The position numbers were made by a program, and so were the translations under genes. From IMG/VR virus record IMGVR_UViG_3300042935_001404: a stretch of 64,000 bases of DNA; one strand, 5' to 3'. Origin of the DNA: a virus (Duplodnaviria; Caudoviricetes). Shown here piece by piece: positions 8,988 to 18,270 of this stretch. Every line of letters begins with the position of its first letter. The stretch's first letter is position 1. The notes beneath the pieces are model-generated. The model was not told the DNA's origin, searched no databases, and was given only the letters and a program-made list of their open reading frames with translations.

Positions 8988-10088
8988 TTAATTTAACCCT
9001 GCCAAACGCTTGATGTCGATAACATTGCTAGATTCAGCACTGTCGTCTTCAATTTGGCTACGGGCAGATTTATCGCCGGTGACTGCTGACACGGATTCTG
9101 TAATCACTTTAGAGGCTTTTACAGAGCGGTCGGTTAGAACAGCCGGTAGATACTTTTCAAATGCGTTTTTCAAACGTGGAGTTTGGACGCTTTCGAGTAA
9201 ATTACGCATGACATCTTGCTTCTCTTTGTTAAGAGGAGCCAGCAAATCGGCCAATGTGCTTTCACGCTCATTAGACTCTTTGATCATTCGTATTTCACGC
9301 TCTTTTGACTCATTAAGAACTTTTGCATTCCTAATAAGTTTGATGGCTTCTGCCAATTTTGCATCTTTGTTTGCAATGGTATCGTGTAATTTACGTACTT
9401 CTGCCTTCTCATTGAGATGAGTAGCACCAAATTCACTTGCATATGCTTCAAAGATACGACGACCAAAATTGTTCTCGCGAGCAACTTTAATGTCTTCTTG
9501 TAATTGACTGAGTTCAGCCTTTAGATGACGGCTAACAGATTGGCTCATTTTCTGTGCAGATTCTGTTACGAAACGTGCTTTCAATGCTTCCAATTGGCCA
9601 CGTGCTTCACGTACTAGACGAACTTTTGTTTCTACAACATCACGTTTGTCAGTTGCGAATTCTTGAATTTCGCGAGCCAATGCATGAACAATAAAGCCTT
9701 CCAATTTCTGGAGTCCTTCATTGTGCTGCTTACGATCTTTACGCAGTTCGCTAATTTCTTCAGCAAGTTTAGTAACCATAAAGTTGTTGAACTTTGTAGC
9801 ACTTTCATTCATCTTGCCTTGGAACTTAACGCGATCTTCTACCAATTGTGCTTTTTCGGCAGCAACGGCTTGAATTTGCGTAGTGAGACCTTCTGTTACC
9901 ATACGATCTAGGGCTTCCACCATCACTGTTTTGTCATGTTCATAACGTTGTGCAAACTCTTCGCGGAGTTCTGCACGAGCCTGTTCACGAGCTTCAACCA
10001 GCTTGGCTTCCCAAGCTTCGTTGATCTCCTGGCGAGTTTCCTCGGTGATCAAGTCGCTATCTAGTAACGGTTTAATAGCATCTAACAT
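8988..10088 (-). CDS. gp22: Prohead core scaffold protein (gp22-like)
   Basis: Coiled-coil E/K/A-rich protein between gp21 and gp23; FGRRIFEAYASEF segment. Confidence 0.8.
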   Translation of the reverse strand: MLDAIKPLLDSDLITEETRQEINEAWEAKLVEAREQARAELREEFAQRYEHDKTVMVEALDRMVTEGLTTQIQAVAAEKAQLVEDRVKFQGKMNESATKFNNFMVTKLAEEISELRKDRKQHNEGLQKLEGFIVHALAREIQEFATDKRDVVETKVRLVREARGQLEALKARFVTESAQKMSQSVSRHLKAELSQLQEDIKVARENNFGRRIFEAYASEFGATHLNEKAEVRKLHDTIANKDAKLAEAIKLIRNAKVLNESKEREIRMIKESNERESTLADLLAPLNKEKQDVMRNLLESVQTPRLKNAFEKYLPAVLTDRSVKASKVITESVSAVTGDKSARSQIEDDSAESSNVIDIKRLAGLN

Positions 10089-10090
10089 GC

Positions 10091-10738
10091 TTATTCCTCC
10101 CTAATTTTAAGATCTTTGATCAGTTTTACTACTTCACTTTTCAAATATCTTTGTACCTTGTTGTCCGCGCCGGCTTCGCGTGCCACTTCCAATAATCTAT
10201 GACCGTACTTCATGTTCATGAGGCCTTCATAGATTGCTGTGGGATATGCATTTGGAGCACTGGGTTGTGCAACTACATCTACAGTGACGATTTCAAAATC
10301 ACTGACATGTCCTGTTCTGTCGTCGACGTTTCCTGACCCACGACTTGAAACACCTAATCTAACACCGCTGTCCAACATGGTTTTAACCAGTTGACCCATT
10401 GGCGTTGGTAATATCTTCAATTTTCCATAACCTATTGCACCGTCGCACCACATTTTATCAATCATGTGACTCACACGGTCTAGGTTAATTTTAAGATCAT
10501 CTGGATGATCTACTTCTCCCAATACCGAATTGCCACTTTTAAGTTGTTCATTAATAGTGCCAACTGCTTTACGAATTTCGTGAGCAGGGTATATTCTTTC
10601 ATTAGCATTGCGTTTATCACCTTCAATGCAAATTCCTTGCATGTAAAGGGTTTTACCAGAACCATCCTGAGCATCCTCACTCAGCAGTTCGACCTGCGCT
10701 TGTGAGAATGTCAAGTGTTCTTGTAGGTAACGAGCCAT
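10091..10738 (-). CDS. gp21: Prohead core protease (gp21)
   Basis: N.NERIYP, LGEVDHP, RVSH, ILPTPMG, LGVSSRGSG, DVVAQPSAPNAY. Confidence 0.95.
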   Translation of the reverse strand: MARYLQEHLTFSQAQVELLSEDAQDGSGKTLYMQGICIEGDKRNANERIYPAHEIRKAVGTINEQLKSGNSVLGEVDHPDDLKINLDRVSHMIDKMWCDGAIGYGKLKILPTPMGQLVKTMLDSGVRLGVSSRGSGNVDDRTGHVSDFEIVTVDVVAQPSAPNAYPTAIYEGLMNMKYGHRLLEVAREAGADNKVQRYLKSEVVKLIKDLKIREE

Positions 10739-10744
10739 AATCTC

Positions 10745-11521
10745 TTATACTGGAGATTTAGTGTTTACGCCTGCAGCCTGTGTTGTCACTGGCTTGGGTG
10801 CGGCACCTTGCTTGGGACTGGTTGTCATGCCCATATCTTTTACAGATGGAGCAGGACGACCTTGTGCAGTGTCACCAGTCATCTTAACTGGGGAACCTTG
10901 CATACCTTTGGCACCTGAGTTCTGTGGCACTACACTTTTGGTGTTGGCACCGTCGTCGCCCATTTTAGCAGGAGCTACTTTGGACAAACTTACAGCTTCC
11001 ATCATGCCCATTTCTGGCATAATTTCAGATGTGTCATCCATTTCAATAGCGTCGCCGCCAGCATCCATGTCAAATTCTTGTTCTTCTTCGCCACCTTCGC
11101 CGCCCATCATGGCTTCAAATTCAGCCATTAGTTCGTCCAGCTTGTCTTCTAGGTCAACCACGCGATCTTCAATATCGCCTTCACCTGCATCGTGGTCACC
11201 TTCCATGTCCTTTGTCAGATCATCGCCGTCTTTTTCTGCTTCGTCGTCAAACTCAGCATCCATGTCGTCTTCTTCGTTCATGCCTTTTTCTTCAGTTTCT
11301 ACGGAACGGATCAAACTGTCGGCAGCGTCGCCGTCGCCGTCGTTCATTTCCATTGGATCCATGCCTTCGTCAACTTCTTCAGTGGCTAGTTCTTCTTCTT
11401 CCATTAGACTTTCGTAGATTTCGCGTGATTTCTCAACAACGATATCATGAAAAAGTTCTTTAGCTTTTGCTTCTTCATCGTTAATTACGAATTCAATTAA
11501 CTGTTCAAATTTTGATGTCAT
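10745..11521 (-). CDS. Highly acidic prohead core/internal-like protein (258 aa)
   Basis: D/E-rich central region; position upstream of gp21 matches T4 gp67/68; GGAGG SD. Confidence 0.55.
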   Translation of the reverse strand: MTSKFEQLIEFVINDEEAKAKELFHDIVVEKSREIYESLMEEEELATEEVDEGMDPMEMNDGDGDAADSLIRSVETEEKGMNEEDDMDAEFDDEAEKDGDDLTKDMEGDHDAGEGDIEDRVVDLEDKLDELMAEFEAMMGGEGGEEEQEFDMDAGGDAIEMDDTSEIMPEMGMMEAVSLSKVAPAKMGDDGANTKSVVPQNSGAKGMQGSPVKMTGDTAQGRPAPSVKDMGMTTSPKQGAAPKPVTTQAAGVNTKSPV

Positions 11522-11629
11522 ATTGTTTCCTCCAAAAGGTTATGGCTCATGTTTACTACTTACACAAAAGCAGTAAACTGAGCATATTTAGACGCCAAAA
11601 CTGGTAGTTTTGACTAATTTATGACAGGG

Positions 11630-11851
11630 TCAAAGGCCAGGAGGGGCGGCCGGGGGAGCATACTGCTTGCGAATATCTTTGAGTTTCTCTTTGTATTCAT
11701 AAGTTCGTACATCGTTCATCTGACGTAGCTTGCTCAATTGTCGTAGTGTCAAACGAGTTTTACGCAGTTGATTCTTTTGAGGCTGACTGTTGTCTTGAGC
11801 AACATCTTGGTAGCCTTCAGGTTCACGTTGGTAAAGTTCGTTTAGTATCAT
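11630..11851 (-). CDS. Small basic head-module protein (73 aa)
   Basis: RKTRLTLRQLSKLRQMND; TAAATA 5 nt before ATG. Confidence 0.6.
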   Translation of the reverse strand: MILNELYQREPEGYQDVAQDNSQPQKNQLRKTRLTLRQLSKLRQMNDVRTYEYKEKLKDIRKQYAPPAAPPGL

Positions 11852-11856
11852 ACAGG

Positions 11857-11862
11857 TATTTA
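11857..11862 (-). promoter_or_regulatory. Late promoter core TAAATA
   Basis: TAAATA-CCTGT-ATG(11851), inside the portal 3' end. Confidence 0.6.
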
Positions 11863-13695
11863 TGATGTTGGCGGTGGTGGAACTGCTGTGGGTGCTGTTC
11901 CTGCACCTGCTGGTGCACCTGGCAAGGCACCTGCATCGGGTGCGCCTGCAGGTGGCATAGCAGCCAGTTCTTCACCAGTGTTGATATCTGCTTCCATACC
12001 TGCTGGAGTAATACCAATGCTACGTAGGTCTTGTCCTTGTGTAGTACTTAACTCAGGCTGATCACGTTCTTCACGCCAGAGTTTTTCGTTTTCCACAATC
12101 TCTTCTTGACTCAATCCCAAGTAACGTTCCATCAAGAAACGCTTGCTCATGTAGGGCAATTGCTCTAGTGCACCAAATGTGCTCACACGACTGGTGTCCA
12201 TTTCTGCTTGACGGTAACTGGCAAAGTTCTGTGGTGGACCTAGTACAATATCAAAAATGCTGTTGTCGATGTTAAAACCACGCCATTTCATGAACATCTT
12301 GAATTCATCATCAAGTTTTTGCATGATTAAACGCTGTAAACGTTCGCAATACTGGTTGAATCTGTACTCTTGTATCAGTGCTGTGCCTACTTTTCCGTCA
12401 TTCATTGCACGGTCCGAGTCGTCAGGACCGGTGGGCAAATAGCTTGATGGCACACGCAGGCCACGGGCCATTTTGTTGTTAAAGTACTTTAAATCGTCAA
12501 TTTCGCCCAGCCCTGTGCCGCCAGGTAAGGTGTCTACACTGCTGCCACGTCCGTCTGCTGTTTGTGGGAAAAAGTAATCTTCGTTGATGCTAAGTGGATT
12601 GTAAGACGCATCCATCAAGTTTGCACCACCACCATTCACAGTGGGAATTCTACGCTGGTGCATTTCGTTTTTAACACGTTCCACAAAGGCCATGGCCATG
12701 TGGCTGGGCATGTTGCCCACGTCAATTTTAAACACTCTACGTTCTGGAGCACGGCTCACACGATAGATCAGCACAGAGTCTTCCAGAAGTTCTTTTTGTT
12801 TGTAAACTTTGAAAATGTTTTCTAAGATACTTTGTCCAAATGGCCAGAAGTAATCCAAGCCTTCATTCAAACTCAAATGCACCACGTGCTTGGCATCAAT
12901 ACAGGTTTCATTCATGGCCTGGGCAAATCTACTGTTGCCCACAGTGCCGCCAGCACCACCACCTGATCCGCCATTGGGACTTGAGTAGTTGGTTTGTCCT
13001 GTACTACCTGTTGAACGACTCACATAGTAGTCGCTGGTGGTTTTTTGTGCAATACTTAGATTTTGAAAGTTGGGATTGATGTCACGGATAATGTACTGTT
13101 CTGGACGCTTGCCTTCTGATTCGTTCACAATCACACGACTGACTTTGACCATGTCAACCCAGTACATTTCAAATGTTTCTGGGTCACGCACAAACAACTG
13201 ATCGCCATACTTGATGGTGTTACGGAACAGTTTGAACATGCGCTGATCCAACTTGTTCAGTTTGGTCCATTGCTGTAACTGCTTTTTAATGATTTCTACT
13301 TCGTGATCAGTGGGAGTATCTTTGAATGTGATATCAAAGGGTGTGTTGTTATCTTCGTTGTTCTGTGTGCTGAATTCTGCAATGATGTCCAAACAGGCAT
13401 TGACTTCACTGTCAAGATCCATGTTTTCATACTGATTATAACGTTCAATACGATTGGGGTGTCCAGAATAAACTTCAGGCAGACGGCTGGCATAGTTACG
13501 AAATGCAAAATCATTGCCTGTTCCGGCGTTGCCAGTGTAGCCATTTTGGCGATCGTATCCCGGCAGACCAGCCTGATTACGCCCAGAGATAGGACTCAGT
13601 TGGCCATTGGCGTCACCTGCGGCCACTTTGAAATACTTGAGCCAGCCTCTTTTGCGACCTGGGCCAGATTCGCTACCAACTGTTGATTCAGCCAT
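11860..13695 (-). CDS. gp20: Portal vertex protein (gp20)
   Basis: EDSVLIYRVSRAPERRVFKIDVGNMP, EDYFFP, VDTLPGG, F..YCERLQR motifs. Confidence 0.95.
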   Translation of the reverse strand: MAESTVGSESGPGRKRGWLKYFKVAAGDANGQLSPISGRNQAGLPGYDRQNGYTGNAGTGNDFAFRNYASRLPEVYSGHPNRIERYNQYENMDLDSEVNACLDIIAEFSTQNNEDNNTPFDITFKDTPTDHEVEIIKKQLQQWTKLNKLDQRMFKLFRNTIKYGDQLFVRDPETFEMYWVDMVKVSRVIVNESEGKRPEQYIIRDINPNFQNLSIAQKTTSDYYVSRSTGSTGQTNYSSPNGGSGGGAGGTVGNSRFAQAMNETCIDAKHVVHLSLNEGLDYFWPFGQSILENIFKVYKQKELLEDSVLIYRVSRAPERRVFKIDVGNMPSHMAMAFVERVKNEMHQRRIPTVNGGGANLMDASYNPLSINEDYFFPQTADGRGSSVDTLPGGTGLGEIDDLKYFNNKMARGLRVPSSYLPTGPDDSDRAMNDGKVGTALIQEYRFNQYCERLQRLIMQKLDDEFKMFMKWRGFNIDNSIFDIVLGPPQNFASYRQAEMDTSRVSTFGALEQLPYMSKRFLMERYLGLSQEEIVENEKLWREERDQPELSTTQGQDLRSIGITPAGMEADINTGEELAAMPPAGAPDAGALPGAPAGAGTAPTAVPPPPTS

Positions 13696-14176
13696 TTAAT
13701 TGTTCCTTTAATCTGCGCTCAGCATTATTACGTTTTAGTGTTTCAGAAATTTTTGCAGCCCTAATAGGATCGTACGGACGACCAATATTAGCCTGTCTTA
13801 TTTTTTCAATCACTTCGGGAGGACGCGGTTTCATTAACTTGGCACGTTGTTCTGGTGTGCGAGTTTTACCACGATTACCTTCACTGATTTTACGACGGGT
13901 TTCTTCTGAATGTGTCCATCCTGTATGGCACGCCCATTGGTTAATTTTAATATTGTCCAATAGACCACCGTCTAACTTACGACCGTATTTTGTGATTAAC
14001 TCTTTTTCCAGTTGTTTTGCTTCTTCGTTTGTAAGGTTATCTTTAACAATAATCCTACGTTCTAGAGGTGGTAATGTTGTTTTGCTATGTTCTCGATGGA
14101 TGCGACGACCAGACCCTTTACCTATATAATAAGGTGTGCCTGACTCTGTTATGTACTGATATACGTAGAAATCCAT
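13688..14176 (-). CDS. Free-standing GIY-YIG/NUMOD3 homing endonuclease
   Basis: Likely start MDFYVYQY..GTPYYIGKGSGRR; EKELI catalytic Glu helix; HSEETRRKISE NUMOD3. Start moved to 14176 because TAAATA lies 7 nt upstream. Confidence 0.8.
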   Translation of the reverse strand: MDFYVYQYITESGTPYYIGKGSGRRIHREHSKTTLPPLERRIIVKDNLTNEEAKQLEKELITKYGRKLDGGLLDNIKINQWACHTGWTHSEETRRKISEGNRGKTRTPEQRAKLMKPRPPEVIEKIRQANIGRPYDPIRAAKISETLKRNNAERRLKEQLNG

Positions 14177-14183
14177 AGTTTTA

Positions 14184-14189
14184 TATTTA
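14184..14189 (-). promoter_or_regulatory. Late promoter core TAAATA
   Basis: TAAATA-TAAAACT-ATG(14176). Confidence 0.55.
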
Positions 14190-14195
14190 CCGTGA

Positions 14196-16544
14196 TCACT
14201 GTGCATACTTCAATATTTGCTCTGACACACCCACTTGAGTTTGCATTATGCGTACCATTTGGTCCAGTCTATCCAGTTGTGCTGTCATCATACTCATTTG
14301 TTCTTCATTGCCAACCATTTGCACAGGTATTGTCTTGCCATCCGGCAATGGAACCACTGCTTCGGACTGCCCGGCTTCACCTGCTAGCACTGTTGATCCG
14401 CCGGGCAACGGAGGAACTATGCCACCGTTGGCAGCTTGAAAATGCACAGGATCTTGAGGTACTTTCTGCGTTAACCCGTATTTTGCAAGAGCAGACACAG
14501 CCGCTGGATCTTGATAATTTTGAATATCAACTGCTTCACCTCGTTCATGTAAACTTCGTCCCGGTTTACCAATAGGCATGCCGCTGGCAGTTCTACCAGT
14601 TCTACCAGCAGCCACTGATTCATCCCATATTCTTTGTTGGTCTGCAGGGTCTCGCTTGGCACTGTTGATCTGCAACATACCACCGGTTAATTTGTTATAC
14701 TCAGTTGCGGCAGAAATGACAGAATTTTTAAATGTTTCGTTTAGCCCTTCAAAATTTTGTTGGCTACCAGATTTAGCAGTAAATTTTAATATTTTTGTTA
14801 AGTCAACTTTTTCAGCCGCTGATGCAGAGCCAGATCCTTCAGGTGGTTGAGGACTAGGTTTTGCTGGAGTTGCTCCGCCTGCACTTCCACCTGCACTTGC
14901 CGCTGGCTTGGCTGCCGCTGGCTTGGCTGCCGCTGGCGCCCCGCCTGCACCCCCACCACCGCCCGAAGCAGCAGGTGCTTGTTTGCCACCACCGCCAAAG
15001 AGTCCGCTCAAGAAGCCGCCAACCCCACCACCACCGCTTCCACCACCTGCAGTAGGCGAAGCGCCTGGCCTTGCTGCGGCCTGCGCGGCGGCACCAGGTT
15101 CATCACGTTTTTTAGTTGTGACTCCTGCCGCATTAGCCAGTTTGGTCATGGCTTCAATGGTTGCATCAGTGGCGTTGGCAAGTCCTTTCATTCCAGTTGT
15201 CACAGGAGTTATACCAGCATTGATTAAATCTTGTAGTTTATCACGTGATGCACGATTGGCATCCTGCAGATCTGTCATGTTCTGTGTGGTCTTGTCTGTC
15301 ACCACTTGCGCTTTTTTAGCTGCCGCTTCACGTTCTTCAATGGTGCCAGTTTCCATCATGGCTTTAATTTTTTGCTGTTCTTGTATGCTCAAGAATGTGT
15401 CGTTGTTGGCACCTATTTTAGCAAGTTGTGTAGCTGAGCCGTTTAGATTTTTTGTTACGTCTGCCTGTGCGGCTGCCATGAATTCAGCCTGCGTAAACGT
15501 TTCTTTTCCTGCAACTGCAGCCGCGTTTGGCATGGTCAACAACAATTTCTGCGCTTCTGGAGTGTTCAAACTGCCTGACAAGATATTCAAGAAACCTTTG
15601 CGAGTTTCCGGAGCCATTTTGTCCAGCATAATCTGTGTGGATTCGGTCTGTTTGAGTTGTTCAGCAGCCGCTTTGTCGCCCATGGCAGCACGTTGTTCTA
15701 ACTCTAGTTTGTAGCCAGCATAGCGTTCTTCAGCCATTGCACTTTCGCGTGACTGTTCTTGTTCTTGTCTATTCTTACCGGTAATTTTTGCTAATAGATC
15801 TGTTTCTCTAATATAATTGGCAGCTGCCACCGCTTGTTCATCTGCGGACATTTTTTGTCGAGCACCCGACAGCATTTGTAGCTTTGTGTAACTAGCAATG
15901 CCTTTATTGACCTCATCAACACTGATACCCATGTCCCGGAACTGTCGCCCCATACCACTCTGTTGTATAGACGATGACACAGCAGCCATTTGGCCAAGAC
16001 CTTGACTCACCGTGCCACCAAAATTGGCCAGTGTTGTTGAATTTTCTTTAACAATGCTGACAAACTTATCAAGTTCGTCAGTGCCGTAGTTCATGCGTTT
16101 TAAATTATCATAAACGCCTTGCATGCCGTCGGCTGCTGTGGCACCCATTTCGGACATTTTTTGATAATTGCTGTATAGTAAATCTGCCTGTTTGTTTACA
16201 GCCTGTGTGTACTCGCTTGCACCTTTGACCAGTGTTTTAAGTGCACCACCCACATAAGGAATAAGTCCTAGTAGATCGCCTAATGCATCTGCTACTCCGC
16301 CAATGGATTTATTAAATACTGATGCACCAATTTCACCTTCAGCCAGTTGTTTAGTTAACCCCAGTGCAGAAGTTCCCAGTTGTCCAAGTCCTTTGCTCAG
16401 ACTAGCAGTAAATCCTTTGATACCAACGGACATGTCCATCAGGGCCATTTTGGTTTCAATAGAAACAGCGCCAAGGCGCTTTATCTCGTCCGCCGCTCGC
16501 GCTTCGATTTCTGCTTTTTCTTCAGGGGTGTACATACTTGCCAT
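14196..16544 (-). CDS. Tape-measure/hub-like protein with C-terminal M15-type Zn peptidase domain
   Basis: Long A/K/E/M-rich helical region, Gly/Ala/Pro linker, then SAKRD...SLHERGEAVDI...DPVHFQ (SxHxxGxAxD, DxxH); divergent from gp26. Confidence 0.7.
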   Translation of the reverse strand: MASMYTPEEKAEIEARAADEIKRLGAVSIETKMALMDMSVGIKGFTASLSKGLGQLGTSALGLTKQLAEGEIGASVFNKSIGGVADALGDLLGLIPYVGGALKTLVKGASEYTQAVNKQADLLYSNYQKMSEMGATAADGMQGVYDNLKRMNYGTDELDKFVSIVKENSTTLANFGGTVSQGLGQMAAVSSSIQQSGMGRQFRDMGISVDEVNKGIASYTKLQMLSGARQKMSADEQAVAAANYIRETDLLAKITGKNRQEQEQSRESAMAEERYAGYKLELEQRAAMGDKAAAEQLKQTESTQIMLDKMAPETRKGFLNILSGSLNTPEAQKLLLTMPNAAAVAGKETFTQAEFMAAAQADVTKNLNGSATQLAKIGANNDTFLSIQEQQKIKAMMETGTIEEREAAAKKAQVVTDKTTQNMTDLQDANRASRDKLQDLINAGITPVTTGMKGLANATDATIEAMTKLANAAGVTTKKRDEPGAAAQAAARPGASPTAGGGSGGGGVGGFLSGLFGGGGKQAPAASGGGGGAGGAPAAAKPAAAKPAASAGGSAGGATPAKPSPQPPEGSGSASAAEKVDLTKILKFTAKSGSQQNFEGLNETFKNSVISAATEYNKLTGGMLQINSAKRDPADQQRIWDESVAAGRTGRTASGMPIGKPGRSLHERGEAVDIQNYQDPAAVSALAKYGLTQKVPQDPVHFQAANGGIVPPLPGGSTVLAGEAGQSEAVVPLPDGKTIPVQMVGNEEQMSMMTAQLDRLDQMVRIMQTQVGVSEQILKYAQ

Positions 16545-16549
16545 AACTA

Positions 16550-16555
16550 TATTTA
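16550..16555 (-). promoter_or_regulatory. Late promoter core TAAATA
   Basis: TAAATA-TAGTT-ATG(16544). Confidence 0.6.
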
Positions 16556-16569
16556 CCTAGGAAAAAATC

Positions 16570-17406
16570 ATGTCAAATAACCCATTAACACAATATTTTA
16601 GACAGCCGGCTGTGTATGTTAAATTGCCCAGTGGCGGAAAATATTATTCTGAAGGCGCAATTGTAATGCCAGCCAATCAAGAACTTCCGGTTTATCCAAT
16701 GACTGCAATTGATGAAATTACCTACAGAACACCTGACGCACTGTTCAACGGCAACGCAGTGGTCAATGTTATCAAAAGTTGTATTCCTGCTATCCGGGAT
16801 CCATGGAGCATTCCTGCCATGGATGTTGACACTATTTTGGTTGCAATACGCATGGCCAGTTACGGAACCACAATGGAAATTTCAACCACTTGTCCACATT
16901 GTAAAAATGAAGCAGACTACGGAATTGATTTACGTACCATGCTGGAAAATATGCGAGCACCTGATTATTCAAAACCTGTAATTGATGGTGATCTTGAAGT
17001 GTATTTCAAACCAATGTCCTACCGAAATCTTAACGAAAATAACCAGCGTCAGTTTGAAGAACAAAAAATACTACAAATTTTACCAGGCACTGAGATGCCT
17101 GATGACCAACGAATGTCTGCGCTCAGTACAGCATTGATGAAAATTACAGAGATTACAGTCAGTGCGCTGGCACAAAGTATTGCGGCAGTTAAAACTCCGG
17201 CTGCATTGGTCAGTGAACCGGAATACATTGAAGACATGCTAAAAAATTGTGATCGACGTCTGTTCAGTAAAATTAGAGATCACATCATTGAAACAAAACT
17301 GGCAGCAGAGATGCAGCCATTAAAAATTGTGTGCGGCGAGTGTACCAAAGACTACTTGCAGGCCATTACCTTGGATATGACAAGTTTTTTCGCGGACGCC
17401 TCCTAG
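16570..17406 (+). CDS. gp26: Baseplate hub assembly protein (gp26-like)
   Basis: YVKLPSGG, PMTAIDEI, D.DTILVAIRMASYG, CPHC and CGEC Zn motifs, ends SFF. Confidence 0.8.
   Translation: MSNNPLTQYFRQPAVYVKLPSGGKYYSEGAIVMPANQELPVYPMTAIDEITYRTPDALFNGNAVVNVIKSCIPAIRDPWSIPAMDVDTILVAIRMASYGTTMEISTTCPHCKNEADYGIDLRTMLENMRAPDYSKPVIDGDLEVYFKPMSYRNLNENNQRQFEEQKILQILPGTEMPDDQRMSALSTALMKITEITVSALAQSIAAVKTPAALVSEPEYIEDMLKNCDRRLFSKIRDHIIETKLAAEMQPLKIVCGECTKDYLQAITLDMTSFFADAS
17385..17391 (+). other. Candidate -1 ribosomal frameshift heptamer T_TTT_TTC
   Basis: gp26 frame reads AGT TTT TTC; a -1 slip enters the open frame FRGRLLVLDSDQISKW... Confidence 0.55.
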
Positions 17407-17621
17407 TACTGGACTCTGACCAAATTTCCAAATGGGTCGACCAATTAGACAAAGAGGCCAAAGCAATAAAATCAGAAGCGTTAAAAATGGTGTGGTACAT
17501 GCGAGGCGGATTGTCTTACGAGGCTGCACTGAATCTCAGTTTTGAGGAACGCAATGCTGTTTCTGAAATTATCAAAGACAATTTAGAGACCACTAAAAAG
17601 AGCGGGCTCCCGTTTTTTTAG
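17385..17621 (+). CDS. gp51-like hub assembly chaperone domain, probably expressed as a -1 fusion to gp26
   Basis: KMVWYMRGGLSYEAALNLSFEERNAVSEII resembles gp51/GT-type chaperone tails; no SD-supported start was found. Confidence 0.6.
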   Translation, partial: FFRGRLLVLDSDQISKWVDQLDKEAKAIKSEALKMVWYMRGGLSYEAALNLSFEERNAVSEIIKDNLETTKKSGLPFF

Positions 17622-17638
17622 AAAAAAGGTAAATCTGA

Positions 17639-17644
17639 TAAATA
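17639..17644 (+). promoter_or_regulatory. Late promoter core TAAATA
   Basis: TAAATA-TTAGT-ATG(17650). Confidence 0.6.
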
Positions 17645-17649
17645 TTAGT

Positions 17650-18270
17650 ATGAAAAATTACTACGTTTACAAATATCTAAGAGAGGACGGTACTCCTTAT
17701 TATGTGGGCAAGGGCAAAGGAAACAGAGCATATCTAAACGGTCGTTCTACACCTAAGCCACCTCAACTCGACCGGATCCATCTTATCAAAGAAAATTTAA
17801 CCGAGGAAGAGGCATTTGCACTAGAGTGTAAGTTGATTGCAGAGTATGGCCGTAAGGATCTAGGAACCGGCGTATTGCGTAACCTCACAGATGGTGGTGA
17901 GGGCGTATCTGGTAGAATAGCCAACCCCGAGTCTATCAAAAAACGTGTGGTTAAAAATACAGGTAAAAAACGCACACTAGAGCAAAAGAAACGCATGAGC
18001 CAGTCCCAGTTGGTTAGAAAACAAAAATCAAAAGAAGAACAGCAAGTGATATCAGAAAAAATATCTGCGAATCGCAAAGGTAAAGGTACCGCTCCTAAAT
18101 CCAAAGAGCATAAAGATAAATTATCTCAACTCAATAAAGGAAAGTCTCCTGGCAAGAGATCCGAAGAAACCAAACAAAAAATGCGCAAGCCAAAATCAGA
18201 AGCACACCGCAAAGCTATATCAGATGGACGCAAAGCAAAATATGCTGCTCTTAAGGCACAACAATGCTGA
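17650..18270 (+). CDS. Free-standing GIY-YIG/NUMOD3 homing endonuclease
   Basis: YYVYKY..DGTPYYVGKGKGNRA, ECKLI, LRNLTDGGEG; repeated NUMOD3-like RSEETKQKMR and KSEAHRKAIS. Confidence 0.85.
   Translation: MKNYYVYKYLREDGTPYYVGKGKGNRAYLNGRSTPKPPQLDRIHLIKENLTEEEAFALECKLIAEYGRKDLGTGVLRNLTDGGEGVSGRIANPESIKKRVVKNTGKKRTLEQKKRMSQSQLVRKQKSKEEQQVISEKISANRKGKGTAPKSKEHKDKLSQLNKGKSPGKRSEETKQKMRKPKSEAHRKAISDGRKAKYAALKAQQC

Noticed and set aside
17331-17384. ORF-track start for the gp51-like ORF (MRRVYQ...)
   Set aside because: It lies inside gp26, has no SD, and the extra residues look non-coding; the frameshift model fits better.
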